Source: Gnetum montanum
Lineage: Eukaryota > Plantae > Gnetophyta
Reading direction: 5' to 3'
Length of the DNA: 64,000 bases
Assembly: GCA_015680685.1 (NCBI GenBank)
Contig: MNCI01002402.1
Coordinates: 186,001 to 250,000 of the forward strand
Shown here: positions 25,210 to 39,100 of the stretch, in pieces
How positions within the stretch are numbered: the stretch's first letter is position 1
Layout of the letters: each line of letters opens with the position of its first letter
Program-made: the position numbers and the translations under genes
Notes under the pieces: generated by a model
Told to the model about the DNA's origin: nothing
Database searches by the model: none
Seen by the model: the letters and a program-made list of their open reading frames with translations, nothing else

Positions 25210-25663
25210 GTTGTATTTCCTGCAAAAGTCCTACAAAAAATAACTAGAAAAACATCAAGCCACACCTATCTCAATGAAGTTGATGTGCATAAAATGAAGA
25301 AAATCAATGCAATAAAAATTTGCCTAAGTATGCAAATGCATCGTTAAAGAAGATAAACATGTTTGTGCCAGTTTTAGGCCTCAGCAAGCCATGAGTGCTA
25401 GTTCAAGGTATTAGCAGATCATGAATGTGCTAGATGTGTCATTTTGGGCAAGGCTTGGTGCACTAGAGAAGTGACATTGGCCTTCGTGTTCACTAGGTAG
25501 TGACAAAAATAAAAAAAATTTCTAAGTCACTAGACTATCAAAAACGTTGAAAATTCTCTCTAAGTCTGAGTGTGCATGCTCCCACCTAAATACACTATCA
25601 ACTGCTTAAATAGTGTTGAACATAGTCCTAGGGTTGATAAGTAATTAAGTGGTCTTGGGAGGA

Positions 25664-25669
25664 TATAAA
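25664..25669 (+). promoter_or_regulatory. TATA box of the accessory gene of A
   Basis: TATAAA about 120 nt upstream of ATG 25786, with the same placement in B (44788-44794, -) and H (57169-57174, -). Confidence 0.6.
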
Positions 25670-25785
25670 GGTTCATTTTTACCATGGGTAACTTTGTAAT
25701 TTTCAAAGTTGCAAATGCGAAGTTTTAGAGCATAGAATTGCTATTGGAGCATACTACCAGTAAAGAGAGCATAGCTGCTACCAAG

Positions 25786-28700
25786 ATGATGCACCAAAGT
25801 TGATGCCTACACACCAGATTAGTAAATGTGGATGAGGGGGAATGGGAATTGGGTCGTCTACCATGGGCACGCATGAAAGAGAGGAGGGCATCACTCTTTA
25901 CCAAGTACCCCAACTATGCTTCCCCACCCCCTTCTTACCATTTTTTTGTTATTTTGTTTACTGCACTTGAGGGTTTGGGATGTAACCTTTGTTGGTGTCC
26001 TATCATGGCAGGGGTCACCACCACCATGAGCCATTTTGACCACCGTAATAGGAAGGGAATGTGTTGGAAAGGATTTTATTTTCTAGGAAGAACAAGGGTT
26101 TTTCTTTAATGTAGGATTGGTAATGGGCATGCATAAGGGAGTAGTAGTCTTGGCCATGATTGATTTTATGTGTGGAAGGATTTCATGGTGGCTGCAACTG
26201 CTGCAACAGACAACACAACCACAAGAGGGAAGGCCACAGGCTCCCATAGGGGCTACACATAGGACCGTGGATGTAGGTGGGACTCACTTGCTATGGGGAG
26301 GATTTTTCTCTACAAAAATATTTATTTTCAAATTTTTTCTATTTTATGACATAGTGGGTAAGGGCAAGTTAAGGATCAGAGCTTTGGCAGCAATCCTAGG
26401 ATGGCCAACCACATGCACGGGGTTAGGGATGCACAACAAGGATCTAAGAAATTTCTTTTGTTCAAGATTTTTTTCAATTTTTTGGTGCAAGGTAATGGAA
26501 AGGACTCTAGTGACTATTGATGGTAGCTTGTGATAGAGCCAGGGGATGATAAGGATTTTCCCATGTGATTTCTTATTTTCCAAGGGAAAGAAGATGTAGG
26601 CTAGGGCTAGGCAAGTTTGGGATGACAAGGGTTGTAGGGGCATTGTGCCCTGTAGCATAGCTATGTAGCTGCAAGGGCTAGCTGCAATGCCAAGGGCATG
26701 TTTCTACTATTACTTTTTCATTTTTGGATTTTGGACAAAATTCTTGTGTAGCAACAAAGTGGGGCAGAGTCATGGTGCAAGGCAGTGCCATCGATGTGGG
26801 CAACATGGCCACAAGGACTATAGCTAGGGTAGATGTTAGGAAACATGACTACAAGGATGGTGACCATAGTAGGCACCCAGCAGATACTTCTCCTCATGAC
26901 AGTGGAGGATGTAGGGCACTCAAGATGTAGTGGGATAAAGAAAGTAGTAGGTAGTGCATGGCATCATGGTAGTGCACTATGCGATATAGAGAGTGTTGGG
27001 ATAGTGGCCAAACCTTGGTTATCACTAGCCATGACTACGACTACACTCCCATATTAGAGGCACAGTTGATGCCAAGTTTTTGAAAAAATGGCATCTTCCC
27101 AATAATTAGTTTTTTTTTTTGTGACTATGCTCTATGGAGAGCGTAGCCAGGAGTTAGAATTTATTGCAACCTAGGACTACACTCTTCAAATTTCTTGAGT
27201 GTAGTCAAGGTGATATAGAGTTAGAAAAAATTATGCTATTTCTAGACTATGCTTCCTATTGGGGTAGCCTAGAATTAGAATTTTCTTGTAACCTTTCTGA
27301 ACTACACTACCTAGAGTTAGAAACATTTTGAAAAATTTTGTAATTTGAAGCTAAGCTTGTAAAATGTTATAATTCCAACAATGCTAAGCTTGTAACAATG
27401 CTAAAGTTATAGACTACAATGATGCCAAATTGCTAAAACATGCAAACTATAATGATGCTAGTGATGCTAATCATGTGAACCATAGCGATGCTGAAAACTG
27501 TAAAGATTGCAAACTGTAATGATGTTGAATGTGTGAACTAATGTAAAACAAGATGCTAATCCTATGCAAAACATGTTGTACCCTAATGAGTACCAGTCAC
27601 ATCAAATGTACTAGTTGACATCCTATACCTGTTGGGCCCAAAGAGCATTAAAATATTTTTGCTAATCATTGCTATGCTATGCTAATTTTGCTAAGCTTAA
27701 TTTAATATATTTTTCTCAATATTTTCATCTAATTTATGTATACTAACACTTTGATTTTTGCTTTTGCAGTTGCATGGTGCTACTAAAACCCATCCTAGTT
27801 GTTGTGGAACTTGTGGGAATTCTGTGCTACATGAGCAAGCCTATTCCTAACATGTCTATTCTAGATATACATGTGGGCCATTTGGCAGTGTGGTTCCAAT
27901 TGGGGGCACACAAATTCTTAGAATTCATACTACAATACTTTAGTGTGATGATGTGGTCACACTTAGTGGTGGAGGCTAGCAATGCCATCACAAAGACATT
28001 GCTACCTAGGGCTAACTATGACATCTTAAGGTTTATGTTTGATGAGCCCACTACTAGTGATGATAGAGTAGGTTGTTCAGGCAGAGGTCCCAAGGATGCT
28101 CAACCTTTATCTAGGACTTGGCAAATGGCAAGGTTTAGTTGCTACAACAAGAGAAACATCATCTTTGTTGCTATGCTTATGCACACTTTGTTTCAAAACC
28201 CACTTGGAATTATCTATTGTGCAAGATAGTAAGTGCTCTTATAACTTTCACAGTGTGTTCTTACTATAGCTCATGCTATGTTTGCTAACTCGTCATGTTT
28301 TTTGCCAAATTTAGAGTTGATGAGTGGGGCCTACATGATGAGAAAGATGCTCTAGCCATAATCCTTACCTCCCTAGAGGTATTCTCCTCTTGCACAAATG
28401 TTCAAGAAGCTATGCTCAAGTATGTGGGATCTAATCTAGGGGCCTACCCCACCTAGTACCTAAGGGTGTATGAGTAGTGTAAGACCCAAGACTTGTTAGA
28501 TGAGAAGTGGGCTACTTGTAAGCTCAACATGGAGGAGATGCTTGCATCACTGCCTCCATCTAACAGTTTGTTTGTACAAAATAAGAATTTACTATTTTCC
28601 TTTTATGCTCACTCACATCCTCATTGATTTGCCTTTGCCTAATCCCAACATTATTTTATCTTGGTTGCAATGGTAGTTGCCTTGGGCAAGGTGATGGTTG

Positions 28701-31363
28701 TTACCATAGGCAGGCCACACTAAATCCAACCTCACCATGAAATATGGTGATGTAGAGGGTGCATAGCATTAGTTATGTCACTAGACCTTAAATGAATTGA
28801 CCACTAGTCTCACATGTGCTAGGTTGATGGACCTATTCTTGGCCCTTAGCCTAAGCATTCTGGTGGCTAAAATGGTCGCCATCATTAACTCCTTCAACAA
28901 CGATGTCAAGCATTTTCTCACACGGGTGTGCAGTGTGAAAGTAGTGCTAGACCTTAGCGAGGCCTTCTTTGCTAACCTCTTTAGACTTCCTACTGATGGC
29001 CCATTTTTCATTGTTAAGACTAGCAAGGAGGTGGACCATAGAGAGAAGATTGAGGGTTGGTTGGGGGCCACCAAACTCACAAGGGAATACCCATCAAGGA
29101 TGTGTTGGTGCCTAAGGTCTAAGAGCTCTACCCTCACTTTCATGCTCGTGCCTTTTCAAATTTTCTCTCCCAAGGGAAGATCCTTGGGGTGGAGTAAGCA
29201 TAGGTGATGAAATAAGTGCTATTGGAGGATGAAAGATTCAACTAGGCTACTTTCATTGCTATGGGATTACATGTAGAGATCACCAGATTGTAGTTCAACC
29301 TCCAAACAAGATCTCACATTCACTTTGCATTCTTCGCAGGATATTTTTGAAGGTTCTTAAAGCTCTTGGTGGTACATGATGGTGGGTGATGGGTGGTACA
29401 AGACTGTGAGTAGCTATCAAAGCCATGGATCAAACATATGTTTACAACCACTTGTGTGTAAGACCCCCCTAGAGCATATCGATGAGTCATTTTCAGTAAC
29501 GATCAAAGGTCCTATGTGGTGGTCACATTATTCATGTGATAGTGTAAGAGAGGGTCCCTTAGTTAGCACTAGGGATATCAATAAGAAAAAGTACTACATT
29601 GTAGAGACCATGGGACCATCCAAGGTAAAAATTAAGAAGCCATGCCCCATAGAAGAGGAAACTCCTGAGGTTAGATGGATAAGTGGCAAGAAGATCTGGT
29701 TTAAGCTTCATAGTTTTTACATGGAGGTTGTAGGTTAGTATCTTTAACTTAGATGCATTTATTGTGCTAGTGTATGTTTCTATTTTATCCTTTTTGTACT
29801 ATATTATGCTAATGTACTAATGTATACTTATATGTCTGTAAGTTGGAGAAGAGAGGGCTACCGAAGTAGTGGCAAAAGCAGTAGTAAGGGACATGTCCCC
29901 TCAAGCTAAGAAGAGGGATGCCCATAAGGATGAGTTACATGATGCCACCGAAACCCTCCAGTAGTTTGATAATGGGCTGCTACATCCTACCAAGGGTGAT
30001 TTTGATTGTATATTTGATAACATGCAGCTAGGTGACCCCCCTGCTGTTATGCCTAAGGTTCTACTAGGTGAGTATCCTGGATTGCCATCTATTGTTGCTC
30101 TATTGCTCTAACATCTTTGGCTATTTGATTGCATGTTGATTACATTGTTGTGCTATAGCCTTAGCTATGCCTACCAATAGTTGAATGTCTACCTACCACA
30201 TTAAGCCATGGGTAGACATGCCCCATAAGTTTAACTTCATGGAAGGCATTGTGAAGGACATGGTTGACCCCCTACAACAAGTAGATCCTAAGCTCAGTAT
30301 GTGCATGATGTTGCTTTTCTTATGTTGCTTTACCACTTGAATGCTCAATCTATGGCTAAGGTTGATTTGCTTGTTACATGCTAACAAGTTCCAAGCTTCA
30401 CTAGGCTTCGAGTAGGGTGGCCAAAGTTAACATCATCCCTAAGTTCCCTCCTAAAGTGGAGTAGGTGTATGGTTGTACCTATGAGGCAGTCAACAAATGC
30501 ACACTTTCCTATGAAAAAGCATTATGGATCTATAGGTGCTCAAATGAGCACTCATGGAAGTATGTGCATGAGCTCTAGGAGAGGGTAACAAGCCAAGACA
30601 TAAAGATTGGGGATCTTTAGCCTTGATATGACTTTCTAGTAGCTTGGTCATAGGGAGATAGTACCTGGTAGACTACTAAGATAGATTATGCTAGGTATTG
30701 GTTAGCCATCTGGGACAAAAATGAGGCTACTCAAGAGATTATTGATCAACAACTATAGATGGGTCTACTCACACAAAAGAACTAGTACTAGAAAAAAAAT
30801 AGCACTAAAGTATACTAGTGGAGGAAAACTTAAAAGAACCACAAGAACCACTACAACTATGAGCATGACATGTACCTTCAATGGTATAAAGAGGAGTCTA
30901 TTGAATGCCATCACCTTGAGATGTTCCTTGAGGCAACTAGCAAGAGACATGACTATTAGTTGTTTTCCTGACATACAATGATGAGTGGTTCTCCTAAGAA
31001 ATATATTGCCACCCCTTCAAAAGAGACTTCATCTACTACATTCTCCATGGAGCTACCTACATGGACCATCATGAACAAAGGCAAGACCCTTGCAAGGGTT
31101 GACTTTAGCCAGGAGGATTGGACGTAACTATCTAAGGTTGTAATCCTTCGACATTTGGAGGATGGCATTTATAGACTACCTCTAGATGTGGTTGATGTAG
31201 GGCCCTCTCAGGTTAGTTTTTCATTTGTTTTATTCTTTTTCATGCTAGTTTATATTCATTTTTTTTTGCTATTTTGTGGTAGTAGACACTAGGAAATGTT
31301 GTAGGCCCTAGTAGCACCACAAAGGAAGAAGTGCCTCCACCTCGATCTAGTATCACTAGTTGA
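25786..31363 (+). pseudogene. Spliced accessory gene of A, 8 exons
   Basis: Exon 1 at 25786-25904, exon 2 from ~27769, donors at 25905, 28229, 29734, 30068, 30297 and 31212, stop TGA at 31363. ORFs 27774, 28797 and 29376 are homologous to the E1 copy. Confidence 0.85.
27340..27560. repeat. Degenerate short tandem repeat in intron 1 of the accessory gene of A
   Basis: Recurrent AAACTGTAAYGATGCT / GCTAAGCTTGTAA units. Confidence 0.55.
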
Positions 31364-31594
31364 GCATGTTCTAATGCAACCCTACTATTGGGAATTTTTA
31401 CATTTGTTGTGTAATTTTTGCTACATGATGTTGATGCTCACACTGTGTACTATTATTGTTGTGAAATGTAATGGATGCATTTACAATGTAGAGTGTGTAA
31501 CTTTTGTGATTATTTTCTATGTATTTATTATGTTGATGTTGTGATGAATTGATGTGCTAAGTTATGATTGCACAATGATGCCATTGTAAGCCCC

Positions 31595-32020
31595 ATGATA
31601 GTTTAAGGTCATGACAAGAAGGCCAATGCTAATTTAAGGCCATTCCAGGCCCTAGTAGTAGTTTAAGGCCATTTTGGACCATGAGTTGCCAATTCAAGGC
31701 CATGGTGGGCCTTGGTGATAGTTTTAGGACATTCTAGGATGTAAATGCCAATTTAAGATCATGGCAAGCTATGTGCTAGTTTAAGACCTTTTCAAGCCAT
31801 GAGTGACAATAGCATGTGTTGGTAGTTTTAGGTCATTCTAAGCCCCAGTGGCAAGGCCATTTTGAGCCATTCACTGGAAGAAAAGGTGTTGCCATTTTTA
31901 GGCCATTCTGAGCCCTAGTGGTAATTTTAGGCCATTTCGAGCCTTGCACTAGAAGAAAAGGTGTTGCCAATTTTAGGCCATGGCTAGCCATAGCACTAGT
32001 TTAAGGCCTTTTAGGCCATG
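31595..32020 (-). repeat. Tandem array downstream of gag-PR in A
   Basis: About 14 units of (G)CYA(G/A)TTT(A/T)AGGCCAT...G(G/A)CC on the + strand. Confidence 0.88.
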
Positions 32021-32259
32021 TATTTTTGTAGTTTTAGTTTTTATGATTTTTATGTATTTTGATGTTTTTCATGCATAGGATAATAACTGCTAAAGAGTAA
32101 CCTAAACAAGTAGATGCATAAACTAAGTGAAAATGCACAAACAAAGAAAATAAATGCATAACAAAGCAAACAATGCAAAATGCAAACAACTATGTGAAAC
32201 AAAAATATGCAAACAAGATGCAAGTAAGTGAGGTATGCAGAGGTTAGGGGTAGGTAGGC

Positions 32260-35200
32260 ACCTAGCACATGTTGGACTAAGGGGATGCCTTAGTCATGCA
32301 ATTTCTTCCTAACCTAGTGCGGGTTAGGGGGCACGTAGAGCTTAGATGGTACTATGCGGTACTCACCTTCACCTTCATCAGCTATTGTGAAGGGCAATTT
32401 TAACCACAAAGTGTCTTTTGGGAGGTCTTCAATTTCCTCTACTTACTTGGGTGCACTAGTCTCATGTGTTTTTCCATTGTCCTCTATAATAGGCATGTCA
32501 TTGGGGAACTCCACCTTTGGCCCTTATTTTGTGTCTATGTTGTAAATGGCCAAAGGGGCTGCATTTTTACTATAAATGATAACCTCACCACCTTCATATG
32601 GAAGGTGGATTTCCTACTAGAAGTGAGAGGAGACAACCCGTAGTTGGGCTAGCTAGGGCCTACCCAAGATTAAGTTGAAAATAGGGATCTCTTCAATCAC
32701 AAAGAACTCTATAGTGATGGGGAATTGTTCCCTTATCATTAAGGCTATCATGATAGTTCCCCTAACAATGATGTGTGATCCCTTGAAGGACTTCAAGCAT
32801 GTTATTTACATGGGCTTGATTTGATCTACAAGACCTAGTTTGTTAATGACTGTGTATGGGATGATATTTGTTGATGCTCCATCATTGACATGCATCCTTT
32901 CGATTTTTCATTGCCCTATGTAGATGGTGAGAAAACATAGATGCGGTGATGACTTGATCCTTCTCAAGGTTAACCTTGATTGCCTCATCACAAAAAATGA
33001 GGGGTGTTGAACTTGATTCCTATAGTGTGGAAGGTAGCATCATAGAATGGATGGATTGTTCATCTACTAGGATCTCCTCTATAATAGGAATGATGGGTGC
33101 AGGAGGTCATGATTAGGTCATATAGGCTTAGTGTGATGTTCTTTTACTTTAAAGTTTGCTTTACTTGAGCTATTGCATCTATGAAATACCTACCATCGAC
33201 CATCTTGTTGGCCATGATTTCCTTCATGTGGCCTAAGAGACAAATATCTCATGGGAGATACTTGGGTTTAGCTTGCCTTGCTTTCTTGGAAGCCTCAGTG
33301 CATAGTTGTTGGTTGCTTTTGGTGGCCTCCTTGGTTGATTTGACCATGAGGGTGGAGGATAGGGGCACTAGCTTTAGTGGGCCTAATGCCTTATGCCCTT
33401 AATGTTGCCTAAGCATTTTATTAGCAATGCACTCACTAGCTTACTAGGGTATCAATGGGATGCTCTGCTAGCATTACCTATAGGATGATCCCTTGGACAC
33501 GTAGGGACTGATGCATGGCTACCACCAAACTTCATGCAGGTGAGGAGTCTACATGTTGCAACACCCTAATAACAAAGGGTGACTGGATAGTGGTTATTGC
33601 AACATATTGTGGGACCCTAACCATAAAGAGTGTTGTGGGTGCTTGAGGTGGTACTCTAACAACAAAAGGAAACCTTGAACTTATGGAAGACAAGGAAGTC
33701 CCAATGTTGCTAGAGGGCACATGGACCATGAATGGTTGCTACATCATCTATGAGTAGTCATCAAGATTGATAGCATTGATGTTGTACCCTACTTCACCAG
33801 TGCTTAGAGGATCCTTGTAGACCCTCTTCAATTGGTTTTGAGGGTGAACTAGATTGGTAGTATTAAGGACCAACTCACCCTTATCAATCATGCATTTGAT
33901 GTCATCTCACAAAGCCATGCAAAAGTCAATGTTGTGGCAACAAAACTGATGGTAATGGAAAAATCTATCTAGCCTCAAATGCTTAAGAACCATAGGTTCA
34001 TTTGGGATAGTAGATGATGGATCCCTAAGGAGCTCACAGTATCTGTCATGTCTCTTGCAAGCCTCCTTGGAAATTTTCTTATACTAGATTCATCTAGCCT
34101 TGAGCAATTGGTACAGGAGTTTTGATGGTGTCAAGGGCAATGATGTGTACTTTGAGCAATCCTTGCACTTAAATTTGGACCTTGGGGCTACTTGCCTCAT
34201 GGTCGTCGATGATGCAACTTCATTGCTTGTTGCAGTGGTTGGGCTAGAAGCCTTGTTGTTGGCTGGGGCCTTGGATGACTTGGCCATTGGCTTGGGGTTA
34301 GTTGGCTTGGCCTCATTGGCCACCATTGCCACTATTGTGTTTTGTTTACCATTGTTCTTATCCTTCTTGTTGTGGAGGTTCTTGTAGGCAATGTAGATGG
34401 GGTCCTTGCTAGCTTTTGTTGCATCTTGAATGCTCTTAGTTTGAGTAAATGCTTGGCTCAAGGATTGTGGGGCTAGATAGTATAGCTTTGACTTAATAAA
34501 GTCATTCACTACATCCTTGAAGATTACCAACAAGTATGTTTCAACAATTGGCTCATATATTTCATTGAGCAATAAGCTCCAGTGTTGTATGAAATTTTGC
34601 ATGGGCTCTAAGTGGTCCTACTTAATCTACATAAGCTAGTCCAGGGTCATCTTTGGCTTCAAGTTCTACTTGAAGCATGTGACAAACTAGCTAAGGATAT
34701 CCTCCAAAGAGGAAATGGAGAATGTGGTGAGTGTATAGTACCAATCCAGTGCCTTGCTAATTAAAGACATGATGAACACATGTATGATGGAATATGGCCA
34801 TGCTTGTAGTAAGAGACATTTGGACCTAAATGTCACTAGGTGCACATTGAGGTTCCCTTCATCATTGTATTTGGTGAATTAAGGAAGTGAGACCTTGGTA
34901 GGTAGAGTCAATGGTGGAATAATAGGAGTGATCGAATCATCCTAGTAGAAGTCCATCACATGAACCATTTTGAAGGATGCTACCTTAAGCCACTTAACCT
35001 CCTCTATTAAAGTTTGGATGAGCTAGCAAGCTTGATCCAAGCTTCTGAATTCAATGGGCTACATCAATTGTGTCATCCACTATGTCATTTGTGTGGCCTA
35101 CGACCTAGTTTTAGGTTGTGAGGCCATGTGGGATGTTTACTACATAGGCTATGCCATAAGCATGGAGATTGGGGCCCACCATGCATTGGTGGTTTGGACT

Positions 35201-35556
35201 ACCATAGAGGATGCCAATAGAAGAAGCATGATGTGCAATGCTTAAGCCATCTAGTGTCAAGAGGGGTGCATAATGTGCACATAAGGTTGCATAGGCATAA
35301 TGGTTGCTGACAAGGATGATTGAATAGGTGATGACTGCACCACGAAGGGCACATTGAAGGAGGGTAATACATCTTAGCACTTGTGCTAAGTTTGGTGGGT
35401 TTCCACCATAGATGTTGACCTAGAATATGACACTAGGACTATCATTATCTCTAGGAAGACTAGATCGGGGGTTGTCCACTGGAAGGAGGTATGAAAGGAG
35501 TCATCATGCTTAAAATGAGCTTCAAACTCATCCTTCTCCTCTTGAAGGAGCTTCTA
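32260..35556 (-). pseudogene. gag: gag-protease of A (3' part)
   Basis: Gag core at ~34600-34960, a decayed C-x2-H-x4-H-x4-C knuckle at ~33915-33965, and protease RMHVNDGASTNI at ~32860-32900 with FNLILGRP. The 3' limit is approximate. Confidence 0.85.
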
Positions 35557-35677
35557 AAGACTATTCTAGACACCCCATTTCCATTTTAGCAGGCCCTCAC
35601 ATGGACGTGGGGTCAACCTGTGCACCTATGAACCTCTTGGTTTACCATTCTAGCCACTGACATTTTCGATCACTATA
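35557..35677 (+). repeat. Remnant (last ~120 bp) of the 5' LTR of B
   Basis: Aligns by eye with ~52355-52477 and is followed by the decayed PBS TAGTAATAAAAGGAGGG. Confidence 0.8.
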
Positions 35678-36199
35678 ATTTTCTAGTAATAAAAGGAGGG
35701 AAAATTTCATTTCCTTCTATGGTCTTCATTAGTTTTTGTATTATGTGCTCTCTCCACCACAGTTGCTAGCTTCAGCCTAGCATACACTCAACAACCCTAT
35801 GGATTTGCCACTACAGTAACTAGATCTAAGGCTAGCATAGGTGTTATCTACAAACTAGTGGATGTAGACTAGACCCCATCAAAAATTCCCCTGAAACCCC
35901 ATTTGACAACCTCTAGAACCTACATCTTACACTTAACTAAATTTTGGGCACTCAAAAGAGCCTAGCTAGCTCTTGTTGTAGAGCATAGTTGGCTCTTAGT
36001 GTAGTGAGGATAGTCCCAGATTTAGCTATTTCAATAGCTTCTAGAGTTCATCATTTTTTCATCAATTTTACACTTAGTAATTTTCTATAATTTTTACACT
36101 TAGCTATTTTCTTACACTATCCATACTTAGTCATTTTTCTACCACTTTCATACATAGCTATTTCTTAAGCTAGCAACTTTTGCATTTCCTTTTTGCATC

Positions 36200-39100
36200 A
36201 TGAACCTTGAGCTACCTTTGACCTCTACTTTAAGTGCAATTGTTGCCCAACCCATTTAGCAAGAAATCTAGATTGACCATCCTACTAGTTCTACCATGGT
36301 GGGACAAAGGTAATCACTTAGGCTACACAGCCTACCTCTCAAGTGCATGATCCTAAATGAAGAGTAGTATAACTTTGTTTGTGTGAAGCTCCAAGGAGGC
36401 CTATTCATAGATTATCAAGAAATGAAGAACAAAAAAATTTATGAATTAATACATTGAAATGGAAGGGAATACTTCCCCTCCATTGTGGATTTCATTCCAC
36501 TTAGCAAGCCTTACCAATGGGTGCTCATCCAACTTGTCCAAGACAATAAGCATGAGGCAAGGATGGACTATGAGGAGCTCCTACAGGAAGAGTAGAATGA
36601 GTTCAAGGTCTTTTCAAAGCACAAGACCTCATACCATACCTCTTTTTGGTGGACAACCTCTACCTTTGTTCCTCCACACTCCCCACCCACTTATCTTCAT
36701 GGAGATAGTTATAAACCTAGTGTCTACCTTAGGTCTACACCTATGGTGATGAGCCATAATGCATAGTACAAACATCAAGATATAGCACATCCTATTAGCT
36801 TGCCCTTTTTCATACCATCGCAACCTACTCAATCCTCCTAGCCATTAATCATCATGCTGGTGTAATCCTATGTGCACACTGTGCACATTCTTCATCCACA
36901 AGTAACTCAAGTGTCGTACACCCCACCTATTGTGTTGGGCCCCTTCACAATGGCCCAACCCAAAAATATGTTGTGGGGCCTATCTGCTATGCCCATGACA
37001 TAGCAAACACAATGAGCATCGCACATGGCCTCATAACTTGTAGTTAAGTCATGGGCCACTCAAATAGCTCAGAGGGTAGCATAATCGATGCAGCCCACTG
37101 CAACCTCCTTGAGCTTAGATCAAGCATTCTAGCTCATCTAGACTCTAACAAAGGAGGTCAAGTGGCTCAAGGTCACCTCCTCAGAAATAGTACATGTGAT
37201 CGATTTCTACTAGGATGACCCGATCAGTCCTATAGTTCTACAACTAACAAAGCTTACTAGGGTTCCACTACCCCAATTCACCAAATACAATGGTGAAGAG
37301 AACCCCAATGCAAACTTGATGACCTTTTAGTTTGAATTCCTTCTACTACAAGCATGTCCACATGCCATTATCTGTGTGTTTTCCATGTCCTTGATTGACA
37401 AGGCATTGGATTGGTACCATGCACTTTAGAGAGCCTTCATCTCCTCTTTGGAGGATTTGCTTAGTTTATTCATCATGCACTTTAAGTATAACTTGAAGCC
37501 TAAGGCAACCCTAGACGAACTAATGCAAATTAAGCAAGGCCACATAGAGCTTTTGCAAAAATTCATACAATGCTAGAGCATGTTGCTCAATGAAATATAT
37601 GAGCCCATTGCAAAAACACACTTGTTGGAAATTTTCAAGGATGTAGTGAATGAATTTATTAACTCAAAGTTGTACTATTTATCCCTGCAATCCTTAAGCC
37701 AAGAATTTACTTATACTAAGAGCATTTAAGATGTGGCAGAGGCTAGTAAGGATTTGGCTTATGTGGCGTATAAGAACTTGCATGCCAAAAGGGACAAGGA
37801 CAAGGACAAGGACAAGGACAATGGCAAATAGGCAACCACAACTATGGCAATAGTGGCCAATGAGGCCAAGCTAACCAACACTAAACTAATGGCCAAACCA
37901 CCCAAGGCTTCAACCATCAACAAGGGTTCTATCTCCAGCACTATAGTAACCAACTAGCCTACAACATTAGTAGCCATGGGGCAAGCTACCCCAAGGTCAA
38001 ACTTTGAGCACAAGGATTGCTCAAAGTATACACCATTGCCCATCAAGACATCAAAACTCTTATACCAACTACTTAAGACTAGAAGAATCTATTTCAAGTA
38101 GATATCTAAGGAAGCTCACAAGAGGCATGATTGATACTATGAGCTCCTTAGGAATCACTCGGCTATAGCACTAAATGAGCCCTAGTCCCTAAACATTTTA
38201 GGCTAGATCAATTTTTCCACTATCATCAATTACCTTGACATGACATAGACTTTTTCATGGCTTTGCAACATGACATCTAATGCATGATTGATCAAGGCAA
38301 GTTGGTCCTTGATCCAACCAACCCAATTCACCCCCAAAACTAATCAATGAGGGTCTACAAGGATCCTCTAAATGCAAGTGGTGTAGGGTACACCATCAAC
38401 ACTATTAGTGTTGATGACAACTTAGAGCTAGCATAGTGGCCATTCATGGTCAATGTGCCCTCTGGTAGTACTAGGGCCCCCTCACCTTCCATAAGTTTAA
38501 GGTCTACCTTTTTTGTCAAAACACCACCTTGGGCACCCCTAACACCATTTGTGGTCAAGGTCCCATAACATGTTGTAGCAACAACAGTTTACTCGCCCTT
38601 TATCATAAGGATGCTGTAATGTGTAAACTCCTCACCTGCTTGGAGTTCAGTCATGGATCACACATCAACCCCTACTCACCCAAGGGATCATCTCGTAGGC
38701 AATGCTAGTAGAACATCTAAGTGGAAACCTAGGAGGCTTAACAAGTTCCTTACTAAAAAAATGCTTAGGTAGCACCAGGAGCAAAAGGAGCTAAGTCCAC
38801 CAAAGCCTATCCCTTGTCCTCTTTTCCCATGGCCTAGTCAACTAAGAATGCCACCACAAGTAACCAAAAATTGAGCACTAAGGCTCCAAAATAAGCAAGC
38901 CAATCCAAGCCCAAATCTCCTCCACAAGAGATTCATATCTTGGGCCACATGGAGGATATGAAGGCCAATAACATAGAAAATAGTGGCAAAGACTTTCTAG
39001 ATGCATTGACCTAGGTCAAACAAGCTCTAAAATAGAAGAACGCTACACTAAGCCTATACGACTTGATCATGACCTCCTATACCCACTATGAAGCATTGGT

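Noticed and set aside
26117-27057. Several 70-140 aa ORFs in the spacer of A
   Set aside because: They lie in intron 1 of the accessory gene, which varies from about 0.27 to 1.9 kb between copies, and I see no protein-level conservation.
32050-32268. Hydrophobic ORFs after protease (also 39900-40115, 13730-13942) suggesting an env-like or transmembrane protein
   Set aside because: They are translations of a T-rich tract. The frame relative to PR differs between copies and the tract is absent in E1.
37790-37822. (GGACAA)n repeat
   Set aside because: A simple slippage expansion in a Lys/Asp-rich gag linker.
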